Notes: generated from the sequence alone by a model not told the origin. A stretch of 64,000 nt of DNA from Octopus vulgaris (GCA_951406725.2 OX597827.1:9734001-9798000), one strand, 5' to 3'; positions 13,562 through 28,460 are shown, numbered from the stretch's first letter. Translations and numbers: made by a program.

Positions 13562-13777
13562 GTATATAAGTATGTGTGTGTGCATGTGTGTATGTATGTG
13601 TGTGTATATATACCTACCTACATACATATATATATGTTTATATATATATATATATATATGTTGTATATATATATATACACATATAACATATATATATATA
13701 TATATATATACATATAAATATATATATACATATATATATATGTATATATATGTATATATATATATATATGTATATGT

Positions 13778-13830
<53 letters not shown>

Positions 13831-13835
13831 TATAC

Positions 13836-13886
<51 letters not shown>
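13459..13886. repeat. (TC)n/(TA)n compound microsatellite
   Basis: Directly visible. Confidence 0.95.
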
Positions 13887-13888
<2 letters not shown>

Positions 13889-14514
13889 TTTATCTTTAAC
13901 TTGTTTCTGTCATTAGACTGTAGCCATTCTGGGGCACTGCTTTGAAGAATTTTAGTCAAATGAATGTACATGTGTGTGTGTATGTTTAGGGAGAGAGAGT
14001 GAGATAGTAAGAGAGTAAAAGAGCGAGAGAGTGAGAGAGTGAGAGAGTAAGAGAGCGAGAGAGTGAGAGAGTGAGAGAGTAAGAGAGCGAGAGAGTGAGA
14101 GAGAGATTGTGAGTGAAAGAGAAATGTGGTCTAACTAAAAGTATTGTGTAAAAACTCCAGCACACAGATGTTCATAAGAAACAAAAAGGCAGTGTGCATG
14201 TATGTTTTATGTCATAGAAAGGAGTGTATATAATTTGTTCATACATGTACATGTGCGAATGAAATATCTTTGTATGTGCGTTTTAGATGTTTTAAGAGAG
14301 CAGAACATTTTTCAGTCAGGTAACAACCTATCAATATCCAAAAAAATACATAAATGTTTTTCACATACCATTTGATAAATAAATAGTTATAGACACATGT
14401 TCTCTTCTCTCCCTCACTCCCTCTCTCCTTCTGTCTGTCTCTGTAACTATCTATCTGTCTCACATACTAGACTCACACATATACTTAAAGAAGAAAATTC
14501 ACTGATTCATGTTG

Positions 14515-14548
<34 letters not shown>

Positions 14549-14868
14549 ATACATTTACATACGCATGAATATGTATGTGTATTTAAACAATAAAAATATA
14601 ATGTTGAGGCATTTTAAATCCACATTTTCTTTTCTTTTATTTATTTATTAAATTTAATACTCATATTATACACTTTTTTTTGTCTTTTTCAGCTCAGAAT
14701 CTACACCGAACATTTTTATCTCATTCTCTTCTCTTTGACAATTTTTCTCTTCAGTTTTTTAATCAACATTTATATTTTTACATCTATGTTACTGCATTTT
14801 TTACCAGTTCCGTTGGTTTCTGAAGTTTTTCTCTTCTTCCTTGCACACACACACGTGTTTATGTTTGC

Positions 14869-14873
<5 letters not shown>

Positions 14874-14911
<38 letters not shown>

Positions 14912-15035
14912 CCATGTATGTATGTTTGTATATATAAGTACATATATATATTTTTATATACACAGAAGTATATATATATATATGTGTGTATATATATATT
15001 TATATGTATTATACATGCATATATATGTGTATATG

Positions 15036-15101
<66 letters not shown>

Positions 15102-15112
15102 CACACACATAC

Positions 15113-15205
<93 letters not shown>

Positions 15206-15280
15206 CATATACACATATATATTCGTGTATAAATACATGTAAGTATATATAGATGTGTATATATATGTATATGTGTGTAT
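14874..15280. repeat. (TA)n/(CA)n compound microsatellite
   Basis: Directly visible. Confidence 0.95.
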
Positions 15281-15839
15281 ATAAAATTGTGTGTGTGTTT
15301 ATATGTGTGCTTGTCTGCATTTAAGGATTGTGTAAAAGTTGTGTTTGTGTGTGGTGTGTTTAAAATTCTTTTTCTATTTTTTCATTTTTTTCCAATGGGG
15401 TTCATGCATTTTGTTTGTTTAGTTAACACTTCTTTTATTCCTTTTGTTGCCCAATGAACTTTGCTGATGAAGTGGAGAAAAATTCCGAGGCTGAGCTGAT
15501 GTGGTGTATGTATATGTAGTCGTGTATGAATAGGTGTATATGTTGTCAGGTGTATAATAATATGTGCGGTTATATATCTAGTTGCATGAGTAGGTGCTTT
15601 TGTAGTTGTGTGTATGTGTATATAGCACTAAGTGTGTAATTGTATACTTATATGTATAAAGTTGTTATGTGATACACACACATATGCATGATGTATATAT
15701 ATGTGTGATACGTGATATGTAAGTGTATGATGTATAGTGTGTGCTATGTAGGCAGCTTGGAAGGAATGATGAGAAGCAATGGAATAATTTCACATCAACA
15801 AAAATGCAATAAAATCTATGCATATAAACGCATACATAC

Positions 15840-16315
<476 letters not shown>

Positions 16316-17144
16316 TCTTATTTGCTTGTTTGTTTAATGCACATCAAATGCAACGGCACGCACTCAGTTGATGGATTATTGCAAGTATTTCTTCAGAACT
16401 GATATCCATTCCAATATAGATTGGTGTCTTTTCGTGTGAGAGCGTCTGTCAGTATACATTGGTGTGTTGATGCTGGCATTGTGCATCAGTGGGATTATAT
16501 ATATATATGTGTTGTGTGTTGTGTGTTGTGTGTTGTGTGTTGTGTGTTGTGTGTTGTGTGTGCTCTCTCTCTCTCTCTTTCTTCTCTCGATGTCCTCTAT
16601 CTTTTTTTTATCTTTTCTTTTCTTTTCTTTTCTTAGTTTTTTTTTGTTTTTTTTTTTTGTAGCATGTGTTATTTCTTTTGTTATGCTATTGTTATTAACG
16701 TTAGTGCTACTGATGTCAATTGTTGTTGTTGTTGTTGTTATTGGTGGTGGTGATAGTGGTGGTGGTGGTGGCTGCGCTTCTTATTGTTGAAGAAGATAAT
16801 TTTTGTGGTGATTTTAGTAGTTGTTTTTTCCCCCCCAATTTTTGTTGGTGATAATGGTAGTTGTTATTGTTACCACTGATAATAATTCCATCGCATTTTG
16901 TTGTTGTTGCTGCTGTTATGGGAGTGTTTCCTATTGTTTTTTTAATGTTTTAGCTTTGACAATTGTTATTGTCGATGTTCATATTGATAATGTAATTATT
17001 GTTGCTGCTTATAATATTGTAATTATTATTATTATAGAAGCTGATAATGTGTTTTATTGATGGGGTTGCAGATAATATGATTGCAGTTAATGTTATTGTT
17101 GATTGTGTTGTGATTGCTGCTGGATGTGTGATTGTTGTTGCTGT

Positions 17145-20100
17145 TATTGTTGTTGTAGATGATTTTGTTGTATTTGTTGTTGCTGCTGTTGTGATAATGT
17201 TGATATCGTTGTTGTAGATGATAATGTTGTATTTGTTGTTGCTGCTGCTGTGATAATGTTGATATTGTTGTTGTAGATGATAATGTTGTATTTGTTGTTG
17301 CTGCTGCTGTGATAAGTGTTGATATCGTTGTTGTAGATGATAATGTTGTATTTGTTGTTGCTGCTGCTGTGATAATGTTGATATCGTTGTTGTAGATAAT
17401 AATGTTGTATTTGTTGTTGCTGCTGCTGTGATAATGTTGATATCGTTGTTGTAGATGATAATGTTGTATTTGTTGTTGCTGCTGCTGTGATAATGTTGAT
17501 ATCGTTGTTGTAGATGATAATGTTGTATTTGTTGTTGCTGCTGCTGTGATAATGTTGATATTGTTGTTGTAGATGATAATGTTGTATTTGTTGTTGCTGC
17601 TGCTGTGATAATGTTGATATCGTTGTTGTAGATGATAATGTTGTATTTGTTGTTGTTGCTGCTGTGATAGTGTTGATATCGTTGTTGTAGATGATAATGT
17701 TGTATTTGTTGTTGTTGCTGCTGTGATAATGTTGATATCGTTGTTGTAGATGATAATGTTGTATTTGTTGTTGCTGCTGATGTGATAATGTTGATATCGT
17801 TGTTGTAGATGATAATGTTGTATTTGTTGTTGTTGCTGCTGTGATAGTGTTGATATCGTTGTTGTAGATGATAATGTTGTATTTGTTGTTGTTGCTGCTG
17901 TGATAATGTTGTATTTGTTGTTGTTGCTGCTGTGATAATGTTGATATCTTTGTTGTAGATGATAATGTTGTATTTGTTGTTGCTGCTGCTGTGATAATGT
18001 TGATATCGTTGTTGTAGATGATAATGTTGTATTTGTTGTTGTTGCTGCTGTGATAATGTTGTATTTGTTGTTGTTGCTGCTGTGATAATGTTGTATTTGT
18101 TGTTGTAGATGATAATGTTGTATTTGTTGTTGTTGCTGCTGTGATAATGTTGTATTTGTTGTTGTAGATGATAATGTTGTATTTGTTGTTGTTGCTGCTG
18201 TGATAATGTTGATATCGTTGTTGTAGATGATAATGTTGTATTTGTTGTTGATGCTGATGTGATAATGTTGATATCGTTGTTGTAGATGATAATTGTTGTA
18301 TTTGTTGTTGTTGCTGCTGTGATAGTGTTGATATCGTTGTTGTAGATGATAATGTTGTATTTGTTGTTGTTGCTGCTGTGATAATGTTGTATTTGTTGTT
18401 GTTGCTGCTGTGATAATGTTGATATCTTTGTTGTAGATGATAATGTTGTATTTGTTGTTGCTGCTGCTGTGATAATGTTGATATCGTTGTTGTAGATGAT
18501 AATGTTGTATTTGTTGTTGTTGCTGCTGTGATAATGTTGTATTTGTTGTTGTTGCTGCTGTGATAATGTTGATATCGTTGTTGTAGATGATAATGTTGTA
18601 TTTGTTGTTGTTGCTGCTGTGATAGTGTTGATATCGTTGTTGTAGATGATAATGTTGTATTTGTTGTTGTTGCTGCTGTGATAATGTTGATATCGTTGTT
18701 GTAGATGATAATGTTGTATTTGTTGTTGCTGCTGATGTGATAATGTTGATATCGTTGTTGTAGATGATAATGTTGTATTTGTTGTTGTTGCTGCTGTGAT
18801 AATGTTGATATCGTTGTTGTAGATGATAATGTTGTATTTGTTGTTGTTGCTGCTGTGATAATGTTGTATTTGTTGTTGTTGCTGCTGTGATAATGTTGAT
18901 ATCTTTGTTGTAGATGATAATGTTGTATTTGTTGTTGCTGCTGCTGTGATAGTGTTGATATCGTTGTTGTAGATGATAATGTTGTATTTGTTGTTGTTGC
19001 TGCTGTGATAATGTTGTATTTGTTGTTGTTGCTGCTGTGATAATGTTGATATCGTTGTTGTAGATGATAATGTTGTATTTGTTGTTGTTGCTGCTGTGAT
19101 AGTGTTGATATCGTTGTTGTAGATGATAATGTTGTATTTGTTGTTGTTGCTGCTGTGATAATGTTGATATCGTTGTTGTAGATGATAATGTTGTATTTGT
19201 TGTTGCTGCTGATGTGATAATGTTGATATCGTTGTTGTAGATGATAATGTTGTATTTGTTGTTGTTGCTGCTGTGATAGTGTTGATATCGTTGTTGTAGA
19301 TGATAATGTTGTATTTGTTGTTGTTGCTGCTGTGATAATGTTGTATTTGTTGTTGTTGCTGCTGTGATAATGTTGATATCTTTGTTGTAGATGATAATGT
19401 TGTATTTGTTGTTGCTGCTGCTGTGATAATGTTGATATCGTTGTTGTAGATGATAATGTTGTATTTGTTGTTGTTGCTGCTGTGATAATGTTGTATTTGT
19501 TGTTGTTGCTGCTGTGATAATGTTGATATCGTTGTTGTAGATGATAATGTTGTATTTGTTGTTGTTGCTGCTGTGATAGTGTTGATATCGTTGTTGTAGA
19601 TGATAATGTTGTATTTGTTGTTGTTGCTGCTGTGATAATGTTGATATCGTTGTTGTAGATGATAATGTTGTATTTGTTGTTGCTGCTGATGTGATAATGT
19701 TGATATCGTTGTTGTAGATGATAATGTTGTATTTGTTGTTGTTGCTGCTGTGATAATGTTGTATTTGTTGTTGCTGCTGCTGTGATAATGTTGATATCGT
19801 TGTTGTAGATGATAATGTTGTATTTGTTGTTGCTGCTGCTGTGATAATGTTGATATCGTTGTTGTAGATGATAATGTTGTATTTGTTGTTGCTGCTGCTG
19901 TGATAATGTTGTATTTGTTGTTGCTGCTGCTGTGATAATGTTGATATCGTTGTTGTAGATGATAATGTTGTATTTGTTGTTGCTGCTGCTGTGATAATGT
20001 TGATATCGTTGTTGTAGATGATAATGTTGTATTAGTTGTTGCTGCTGCTGTGATAATGTTGATATCGTTGTTGTAGATGATAATGTTGTATTTGTTGTTG

Positions 20101-22815
20101 TTGCTGCTGTGATAATGTTGATATCGTTGTTGTAGATGATAATGTTGTATTTGTTGTTGCTGCTGCTGTGATAATGTTGATATTGTTGTTGTAGATGATA
20201 ATGTTGTATTTGTTGTTGTTGCTGTTGTGATAATGTTGATATCGTTGTTGTAGATAATAATGTTGTATTTGTTGTTGTTGCTGCTGTGATAGTGTTGATA
20301 TCTTTGTTGTAGATGATAATGTTGTATTTGTTGTTGCTGCTGATGTGATAGTGTTGATATCGTTGTTGTAGATGATAATGTTGTATTTGTTGTTGCTGCT
20401 GTTGTGATAATGTTGATATCGTTGTTGTAGATGATAATGTTGTATTTGTTGTTGCTGCTGCTGTGATAATGTTGATATCGTTGTTGTAGATAATAATGTT
20501 GTATTTGTTGTTGTTGCTGCTGTGATAGTGTTGATATCTTTGTTGTAGATGATAATATTGTATTTGTTGTTGTTGCTGCTGTGATAGTGTTGATATCGTT
20601 GTTGTAGATGATAATGTTGTATTTGTTGTTGCTGCTGCTGTGATAATGTTGATATCGTTGTTGTAGATGATAATGTTGTATTTGTTGTTGCTGCTGCTGT
20701 GATAATGTTGATATCGTTGTTGTAGATGATAATGTTGTATTTGTTGTTGCTGCTGATGTGATAATGTTGATATTGTTGTTGTAGATGATAATGTTGTATT
20801 TGTTGTTGCTGCTGATGTGATAATGTTGATATTGTTGTTGTAGATGATAATATTGTATTTGTTGTTGTTGCTGCTGTGATAGTGTTGATATCTTTGTTGT
20901 AGATGATAATGTTGTATTTGTTGTTGCTGCTGCTGTGATAATGTTGATATCGTTGTTGTAGATGATAATGTTGTATTTGTTGTTGCTGCTGATGTGATAA
21001 TGTTGATATTGTTGTTGTAGATGATAATATTGTATTTGTTGTTGTTGCTGCTGTGATAGTGTTGATATCGTTGTTGTAGATGATAATGTTGTATTTGTTG
21101 TTGCTGCTGTGATAATGTTGATATCGTTGTTGTAGATGATAATGTTGTATTTGTTGTTGCTGCTGCTGTGATAATGTTGATATCGTTGTTGTAGATGATA
21201 ATGTTGTATTTGTTGTTGCTGCTGCTGTGATAATGTTGATATTGTTGTTGTAGATGATAATGTTGTATTTGTTGTTGTTGCTGCTGTGATAGTGTTGATA
21301 TCTTTGTTGTAGATGATAATATTGTATTTGTTGTTGCTGCTGATGTGATAATGTTGATATCGTTGTTGTAGATGATAATGTTGTATTTGTTGTTGCTGCT
21401 GCTGTGATAATGTTGATATCGTTGTTGTAGATGATAATGTTGTATTTGTTGTTGCTGCTGCTGTGATAATGTTGATATTGTTGTTGTAGATGATAATGTT
21501 GTATTTGTTGTTGTTGCTGCTGTGATAGTGTTGATATCGTTGTTGTAGATGATAATGTTGTATTTGTTGTTGCTGCTGCTGTGATAATGTTGATATCGTT
21601 GTTGTAGATGATAATGTTGTATTTGTTGTTGCTGCTGCTGTGATAATGTTGATATCGTTGTTGTAGATAATAATGTTGTATTTGTTGTTGTTGCTGCTGT
21701 GATAGTGTTGATATCTTTGTTGTAGATGATAATGTTGTATTTGTTGTTGCTGCTGATGTGATAATGTTGATATCGTTGTTGTAGATGATAATGTTGTATT
21801 TGTTGTTGCTGCTGTTGTGATAATGTTGATATCGTTGTTGTAGATGATAATGTTGTATTTGTTGTTGCTGCTGCTGTGATAATGTTGATATCGTTGTTGT
21901 AGATAATAATGTTGTATTTGTTGTTGTTGCTGCTGTGATAGTGTTGATATCTTTGTTGTAGATGATAATGTTGTATTTGTTGTTGTTGCTGCTGTGATAG
22001 TGTTGATATCGTTGTTGTAGATGATAATGTTGTATTTGTTGTTGCTGCTGCTGTGATAATGTTGATATCGTTGTTGTAGATGATAATGTTGTATTTGTTG
22101 TTGCTGCTGATGTGATAATGTTGATATTGTTGTTGTAGATGATAATGTTGTATTTGTTGTTGTTGCTGCTGTGATAGTGTTGATATCGTTGTTGTAGATG
22201 ATAATGTTGTATTTGTTGTTGCTGCTGCTGTGATAATGTTGATATCGTTGTTGTAGATGATAATGTTGTATTTGTTGTTGCTGCTGCTGTGATAATGTTG
22301 ATATTGTTGTTGTAGATGATAATGTTGTATTTGTTGTTGTTGCTGCTGTGATAGTGTTGATATCGTTGTTGTAGATGATAATGTTGTATTTGTTGTTGCT
22401 GCTGCTGTGATAATGTTGATATCGTTGTTGTAGATGATAATGTTGTATTTGTTGTTGCTGCTGCTGTGATAATGTTGATATCGTTGTTGTAGATGATAAT
22501 GTTGTATTTGTTGTTGCTGCTGCTGTGATAATGTTGATATCGTTGTTGTAGATGATAATGTTGTATTTGTTGTTGCTGCTGATGTGATAATGTTGATATT
22601 GTTGTTGTAGATGATAATGTTGTATTTGTTGTTGTTGCTGCTGTGATAGTGTTGATATTGTTGTTGTAGATGATAATGTTGTATTTGTTGTTGTTGCTGC
22701 TGTGATAATGTTGATATTGTTGTTGTAGATGATAATGTTGTATTTGTTGTTGTTGCTGCTGTGATAATGTTGTATTTGTTGTTGTAGATGATAATGTTGT
22801 ATTTGTTGTTGCTGC
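17145..22815. repeat. 59-bp tandem satellite (about 95-100 units) built from 27-bp and 32-bp subunits
   Basis: Unit gatatcgttgttgtagatgataatgtt (27) + gtatttgttgttgctgctgctgtgataatgtt (32); the register slips 1 nt per 60-nt line; degenerate units resume at 23201-23460 beyond the SINE. Confidence 0.97.
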
Positions 22816-22816
22816 A

Positions 22817-23200
22817 TGTTTGTTTGTTTGTTTGTTTGTTGAGCGAAACGGTCTTCGTCCCAGAGTGGGAGAAGTCAGAAACATGGTCCTTTGCTATTCG
22901 TAAGACCCACAGAAGAGAAAGCAGGTCAACCCCCGACACCGAGAGCATTGACGGATGGATGAATGCGCATCCAGGCTCAGTGGTTGCGTAGGAAGTCCAG
23001 GACAAGAAACAGGAAGAAAGTGTGAGAGAAAGTTGGAGTGAAAGAGTACAACAGGGGTCGCCACCATCCCCTGCTGGGGCTTCATGGAGCTTTAGGTGTT
23101 TTCGCTCAATAAACACACACAACACCCAGGCTGGGAATCGAAACCGCAAACCTCCGATAGCGAGTACGCTGCCCTAACCACTGGGCCATTGCGCTTCCAC
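22817..23200 (-). mobile_element. SINE family E head with tail type 2, (CAAA)n end, inserted at the satellite edge
   Basis: Minus-strand A box TGGCCCAGTGG and B-box-like GGTTTCGATTCC; head shared with the 7551 and 27601 copies; satellite-like sequence on both sides. Confidence 0.85.
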
Positions 23201-25042
23201 TGTTGTCGCAGCTGCAATGATAATGTTGATATTGTTGTTGTAGATGATAATGTTGTATTTGTTGTTGCTGTTGCTGTGATAATGTTGATATTGTTTATAA
23301 GTGATAATATTGTATTTGTTGTTGCTGCTGCTGTGATAATGTTCATGTTGTAATTGTAGGTGATAATGTTGAGTTTGTTACTAGTGCCACTGTGATAATG
23401 CTGATATTGTTGCTGCTGATAATGCTGATATTGTTGCTGCTGATAATGCTATTGTTGCTGTTGCTACAGATAATGTTGTGACTATTATTGCTTAAGTTAT
23501 TTCTTATAGTGATGGGTTTGTTTTTATTGTTGCTGATAATGTTCTGTTTGTTGATAGTGTTGTCAATAATGTTGTGATGGCTGTTTTTGATAATGTTTTT
23601 GTTGTTCCAATAATGCTGTGAATATTGTTGCTGTGATAAGATTGCTGCTGTTGGTGCTGGTAATGTTTTGTTTTTTATTGTTGTTGCTACTGATATTGTG
23701 ATTAATTTTTGACACTGATGATGTATATGTTGTCATTATTATTGTTGTTGTTACTGATGCTGCTGCTAAAGTTCTTGGTATTTTTGTTGCAGCTGATAGT
23801 TCTGATAATGCTGTCATAGATTTTGTTGTTGTCATTGTTTAGCCCCAGGTCAACCTTTAAGTAGACATATAAAAGAAGACATTACAGCTATGATCATCTT
23901 GTTGTTCTTATCTTTTTAGGCATTGTGTATCTTGGATCATAGTATGAAATTCGTCCTCTCTGTTTTTTTTTTAAAACAGCTGCATTTGATATGAAGAAAG
24001 TTTTGCTGCTGTTTTTAGCATGTAAAGTGTTTACATACAGGGATACCATATCAGCTGGATTGTCATGGTGGTTGTTGCTGTTGCTGTCAGTGATAACAAT
24101 ATTGTTGTTATTATAGTCATCGATAATGTTGTTGTTGGTGTTCATGAGAATGATCTTTGTCACATTGGAGTTTCTTGTTTAAATTCCAGAAAAACAAGTT
24201 CATTTAATGTTTTTATATTGGTATATCTATTTGAATTATATGGTTTTAATATTCATTTTTTTTTTAATATGCTAATCTCACAGAATCAATATTTTTATTG
24301 TTCAATTATTGGTTCTTGATCACAATATATTACCACACTTATCATCTTGGGAATGTGTGTTGACACATCGATACACTTTCCAATTTATTTGTGTGTGTGT
24401 GTGTGTGTGTGTGTGTCAGTGTGTATATACATATATACATAAATACATGTATCTATTTTTGATACTGCCTTGGGAGTGTGTGTTGATATATCAACATACT
24501 TTCAAACTTGTGTGTGTATGTGTGTACATACATAGCTAATATGTGTGTGCATATACACACATGTATATATATAAATATCTATATCTATGTATATAAATTC
24601 ATATCCATACATATATATATATATATACACGCATATAATTTTATATACATAAATATAGATATATAGATATATATAGATATATACACATGTTTATACACAC
24701 ACACTTATATGATTTTATATACATAAATATACATATATATATATATATACACATATAGATATATACAGATGTAAATATATATGTATATTTATGTATACAT
24801 ACACATACATATATACATGTGCATATATATGTATACACACACATACATATATACATGTGCATATATATGTATACACATACATTATTCACACACAAATATA
24901 AATTTCACCAACATCACCATCTTTCCTTACTGTAAGCACTACACACATACACACATACTCACACACACACACATACACATACACATCAATAGGGATAAAT
25001 AAGTGATTTGATAACTCTCACAGAACATTTCGTACTGCTTAT

Positions 25043-25308
25043 TTATGGTACTGCAGGTAGAGGTTTGGTAAATGAGGTGAAACTGTTCTTTGAAGGCAAA
25101 TTCCATGGCTGTGTTGAAATATTTTGATTGTCACTCTCATCTACTGTTGATTTGGGAAGAAGTGCAAGTTTGCTGGTAATGTTCTGATCAGGCTTTGCTT
25201 GATAGGAGCTGTTGATACTATTGTTAATTTCTTTACATCGGTTGAATATCTGCGGTATAGGTTTCTTACCGGTACTCCGTAGTTGTTTGCCAAGACTTGA
25301 TTTCGGAT
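25043..25308 (-). CDS. Candidate terminal coding exon (xPKSSLGKQLRSTGKKPIPQ...FTKPLPAVP*) of the uncharacterised minus-strand gene
   Basis: Strong acceptor ttttgtattacccgttttcctcag at 25309-25310, phase 1, 87 open codons to TAA; an alternative acceptor at about 25398 opens a different frame ending at 25141. Confidence 0.55.
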
Positions 25309-25480
25309 CTGAGGAAAACGGGTAATACAAAATATATTTGTGGAGGAATACTCAGTTGATATCATGTGGGTATCACTTGATATCATCATTCTGGAGCCTG
25401 AATTAAAGAATACAATATGTATATCAAAGAATATTAAGATTTTGAAAGTGATTCAAACCTGAACTCTTGTTCAACATAAG

Positions 25481-25941
25481 CAGTGCCGGATTAAGGCATG
25501 AACCTTAGAACATTGCAGTCTGCGGTGAAGATGTGTAACATTAGGGCCTTGAATGAAGGTTGGAGTTTGAGGGGTTTGTGATTGTTAGGTCATGGCTTTC
25601 ATCCACAGACCTAGCAGAGTACTGAGTTCTGAAGCAAGACACTTCATTTCATTTTCTAGTATATTTGAATGAAAGTGAATATTAGTGTCTCTGTGACTGT
25701 CACATTCTGGTTGGAGTTTTGTAGTCTTGTACTCTTGTACTCTCAGCCTAAATATCTCAAAAATCCAGATAAACTCCAGGTCAATGAATCTATTGGTTTG
25801 AAGCAGATTTAAAAATTTCAGCCCAAGAGCATCTACCAGCTGGAAGGTCTGCAGAGTTTCAATGAAAAGTTACCAAATTTATCGCTAGAGGAATCACAGT
25901 ATTTTGTAGCCCAGTACCTATAAAATCTTAATCCGGCTCTG
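25481..25941. mobile_element. hAT-type MITE
   Basis: TIRs cagtgccggattaag / cttaatccggctctg; 8-bp flanks aacataag / cacacaag (6 of 8 identical). Confidence 0.7.
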
Positions 25942-26634
25942 CACACAAGATGTTAAAGTTCAAGCCTTGTTAGTTCTTCTATTTCAACAAGGTTGAAAGG
26001 TTAAGATTTTTTTTCTTTTTTCATTTTTTTCCTATTTTGTTTAGAAAATTTTCTATGAGCACAAAGTAATAATATCTTTGGGTCATATAATATTAATAAG
26101 TTTCTTTTGGAAGAGGTTATTACGCAATCATAATAGAGTTGTCAAATGGTGATATCAAAGTTAAGGATGATGAAGCTTGTAAGGAATTTGAACAGAAACT
26201 CATTAAAATACCATTTATAAGCTGTCTTATTCTGGATAGATTTGCTGTGGTATCTAGTAAATTAGAACAAGACTACATTTAAGCTATCTATAGTTATTGT
26301 CTATTTAGACTTGATTTGCTAGTTTGATCAGTCTGTCATTGACAAATTAACTCATTCAACTTGGTATGGTTTCATACGACCATCTTGTAAATGCAAATTG
26401 GAAATTTCATTGTAGGGAGCCAACTCACAGCAATGTAATTGATGGTCATACGAAAAAATAAATAAATATATATAAATAACGACTGTTTGGTAAATTGTTA
26501 ATTTCAAATATTGTTGATGCCAGAAGTGAAAGGATACTGTACAATTCATATAGTCAATTCTATATATTACTAACTTAATAGTATTGTTGCCATTATGACC
26601 AAAGATTTTACAATTAGAAATTGTAAACTTATAT

Positions 26635-27044
26635 CTCTACTTTTACTCTTTTACTTGTTTCAGTCATTTGACTGCGGCCATGCTGGAGCACCGCATTTAG
26701 TCGAGCAAATCGACCCCGGGACTTATTCTTTGTAAGCTCAGTACTTATTCTATCGGTCTCTTTTGCTGAACCGCTAAGTGATGGGGACATAAACACACCA
26801 GCATCAGTTGTCAAACAATGCTAGAGGGACAAACACAGACACATAAACATATACACACACATATATGTAAACATATATATGACAGGCTTCTTTCAGTTTC
26901 CGTCTACCAAATCCACTCACAAGGCTTTGGTCGGCCCGGGGCTATAGCAGAAGACACTATAGCCCAAGATGCCATGCAGTGGGACTGAACCCGGAACCAT
27001 GTGGTTGGTTAGCAAGCTACTTACCACACAGCCACTCCTGCACC
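26635..27044 (-). mobile_element. SINE family A
   Basis: Reverse complement of the 12787 copy; ctctactttt on both sides (possible TSD). Confidence 0.9.
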
Positions 27045-27492
27045 TCTACTTTTTCTTTTAATATTACATTTTTGATACTGATAACATTATCAAGCAAGAT
27101 ATTTTGATGTTGAGTGAAACTCTGATAACTTTTGCCGATTTCAGTGTATTTTAGATAATCATAAACAATATTTTTGTAGTTTAGTGAAATCACATTTGCC
27201 TTTTGTTAATTAATAAATGGCAAATAAAACTAAAAAAAAAATATTACAATATCAGCTATGATTCATGCAATCAGATAGCATCTATAGCTTGAAATACACA
27301 AGAAAGGAATAAATATTATTAAGTTCTATGACAATTCCATCAAAGGTAGATTTTTTTATTGTTTTTCTTTTTTCTTCTTGTTTAAGTGCCATTTTGCCCT
27401 TGTTATAGACTAAACTGGTTCATATATTTTGGATATCATTTTACATCAGTAAAGTGAACACACATACACACACATATACATAAGGTTATTAC

Positions 27493-27534
<42 letters not shown>

Positions 27535-27600
27535 CATATATATATTATATATATACACACACACATATATATACATACATGCATACATATATATATATAT

Positions 27601-27968
27601 ATTGTGGTATTCCATCAGTTACAATGACGAGAGTTCCATTTGATCTGATCAACGGAACAGCCTGCTCTTGAAATTAATATGCAAGTGGCTGAGCACTCCA
27701 CAGACACACGTGCCCTTAACGTAGTTCTCTGGGAAATTCAGCGTGACACAGAGTGTGACAAGGCTGGCCCCTTTGAAATACAGGTACAACAGAAACAGGA
27801 AGAAAGAGTAAGAAAAAGTTGTGGTTCACTACCACCCCCTCCTGGAGCCTCATGGAGCTTTAGGTGTTTTCACTCAATAAATGCTCACAATGCCTGGTCT
27901 GGGAATTGAAACTGCAATCGTATGACCGTGAGTTTGCTGCCCTAACCACTAAGCCATTGTGCCTCTAC
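27601..27968 (-). mobile_element. SINE family E head with tail type 3
   Basis: Same head as 7551 and 22817 up to agaaacaggaag at 27791, then an unrelated tail that also occurs in decayed form at about 30570-30683. Confidence 0.8.
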
Positions 27969-28027
27969 ATATATATATATATATATATATATGTGGAGGC
28001 ATATATATATATATATATATATATATA

Positions 28028-28406
28028 CTAGCAGTATCGCCCGGCGTTGCTCAGGTTTGTAAGGGAAATAACTATAAAGCATTTTTAGAGAGTTATAGCA
28101 AAAAAATAGCAAAAAAATGGGAAAAAATGATGGTAAATTTTTTTTTAGTTAAAAAAGGTGGAGTTGCGTCCCCTAGACAGTTTGCGGTTTGTGTTTCTGA
28201 TTCTCGACCCCATGTCGAATTTATCGATTTTTTCAGAACTGGGGGAACTTTTCAAAGTTTTCGCTGCGTTAGTTTTGAATTATGACATTGGGCTATGTGT
28301 GTGTCAAGTTTCATCAGAATCGGTTGAAAGCCGTGGTCAGGGTGAGGGTACAAGCAAACAGACACACAGAAACACGCACAGACAAACTGCCGTTTATATA
28401 GAGAGA
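28028..28406 (-). mobile_element. Non-autonomous Helitron
   Basis: Minus strand A|TCTCTCTATATAAA ... CCTGAGCAACGCCGGG hairpin ... CTAG|T, i.e. canonical 5' TC, 3' hairpin plus CTAG, AT target site. Confidence 0.8.
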
Positions 28407-28422
28407 TATGTGTGTAAGAAGA

Positions 28423-28460
<38 letters not shown>

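Noticed and set aside
17145-22815. CRISPR array or telomeric repeat
   Set aside because: No unique spacers, no cas genes, eukaryotic context, and no TTAGGG
16950-23149. 1955, 2001 and 950-aa ORFs as bona fide protein genes
   Set aside because: They are three frames of one 59-bp satellite, start in a SINE or at its junction, and have no codon periodicity; kept only as a hypothesis under findings
25309-25397. Two in-frame TGA codons as selenocysteine or A-to-I-corrected stops
   Set aside because: A strong splice acceptor at 25309 explains the frame more simply; no SECIS recognised
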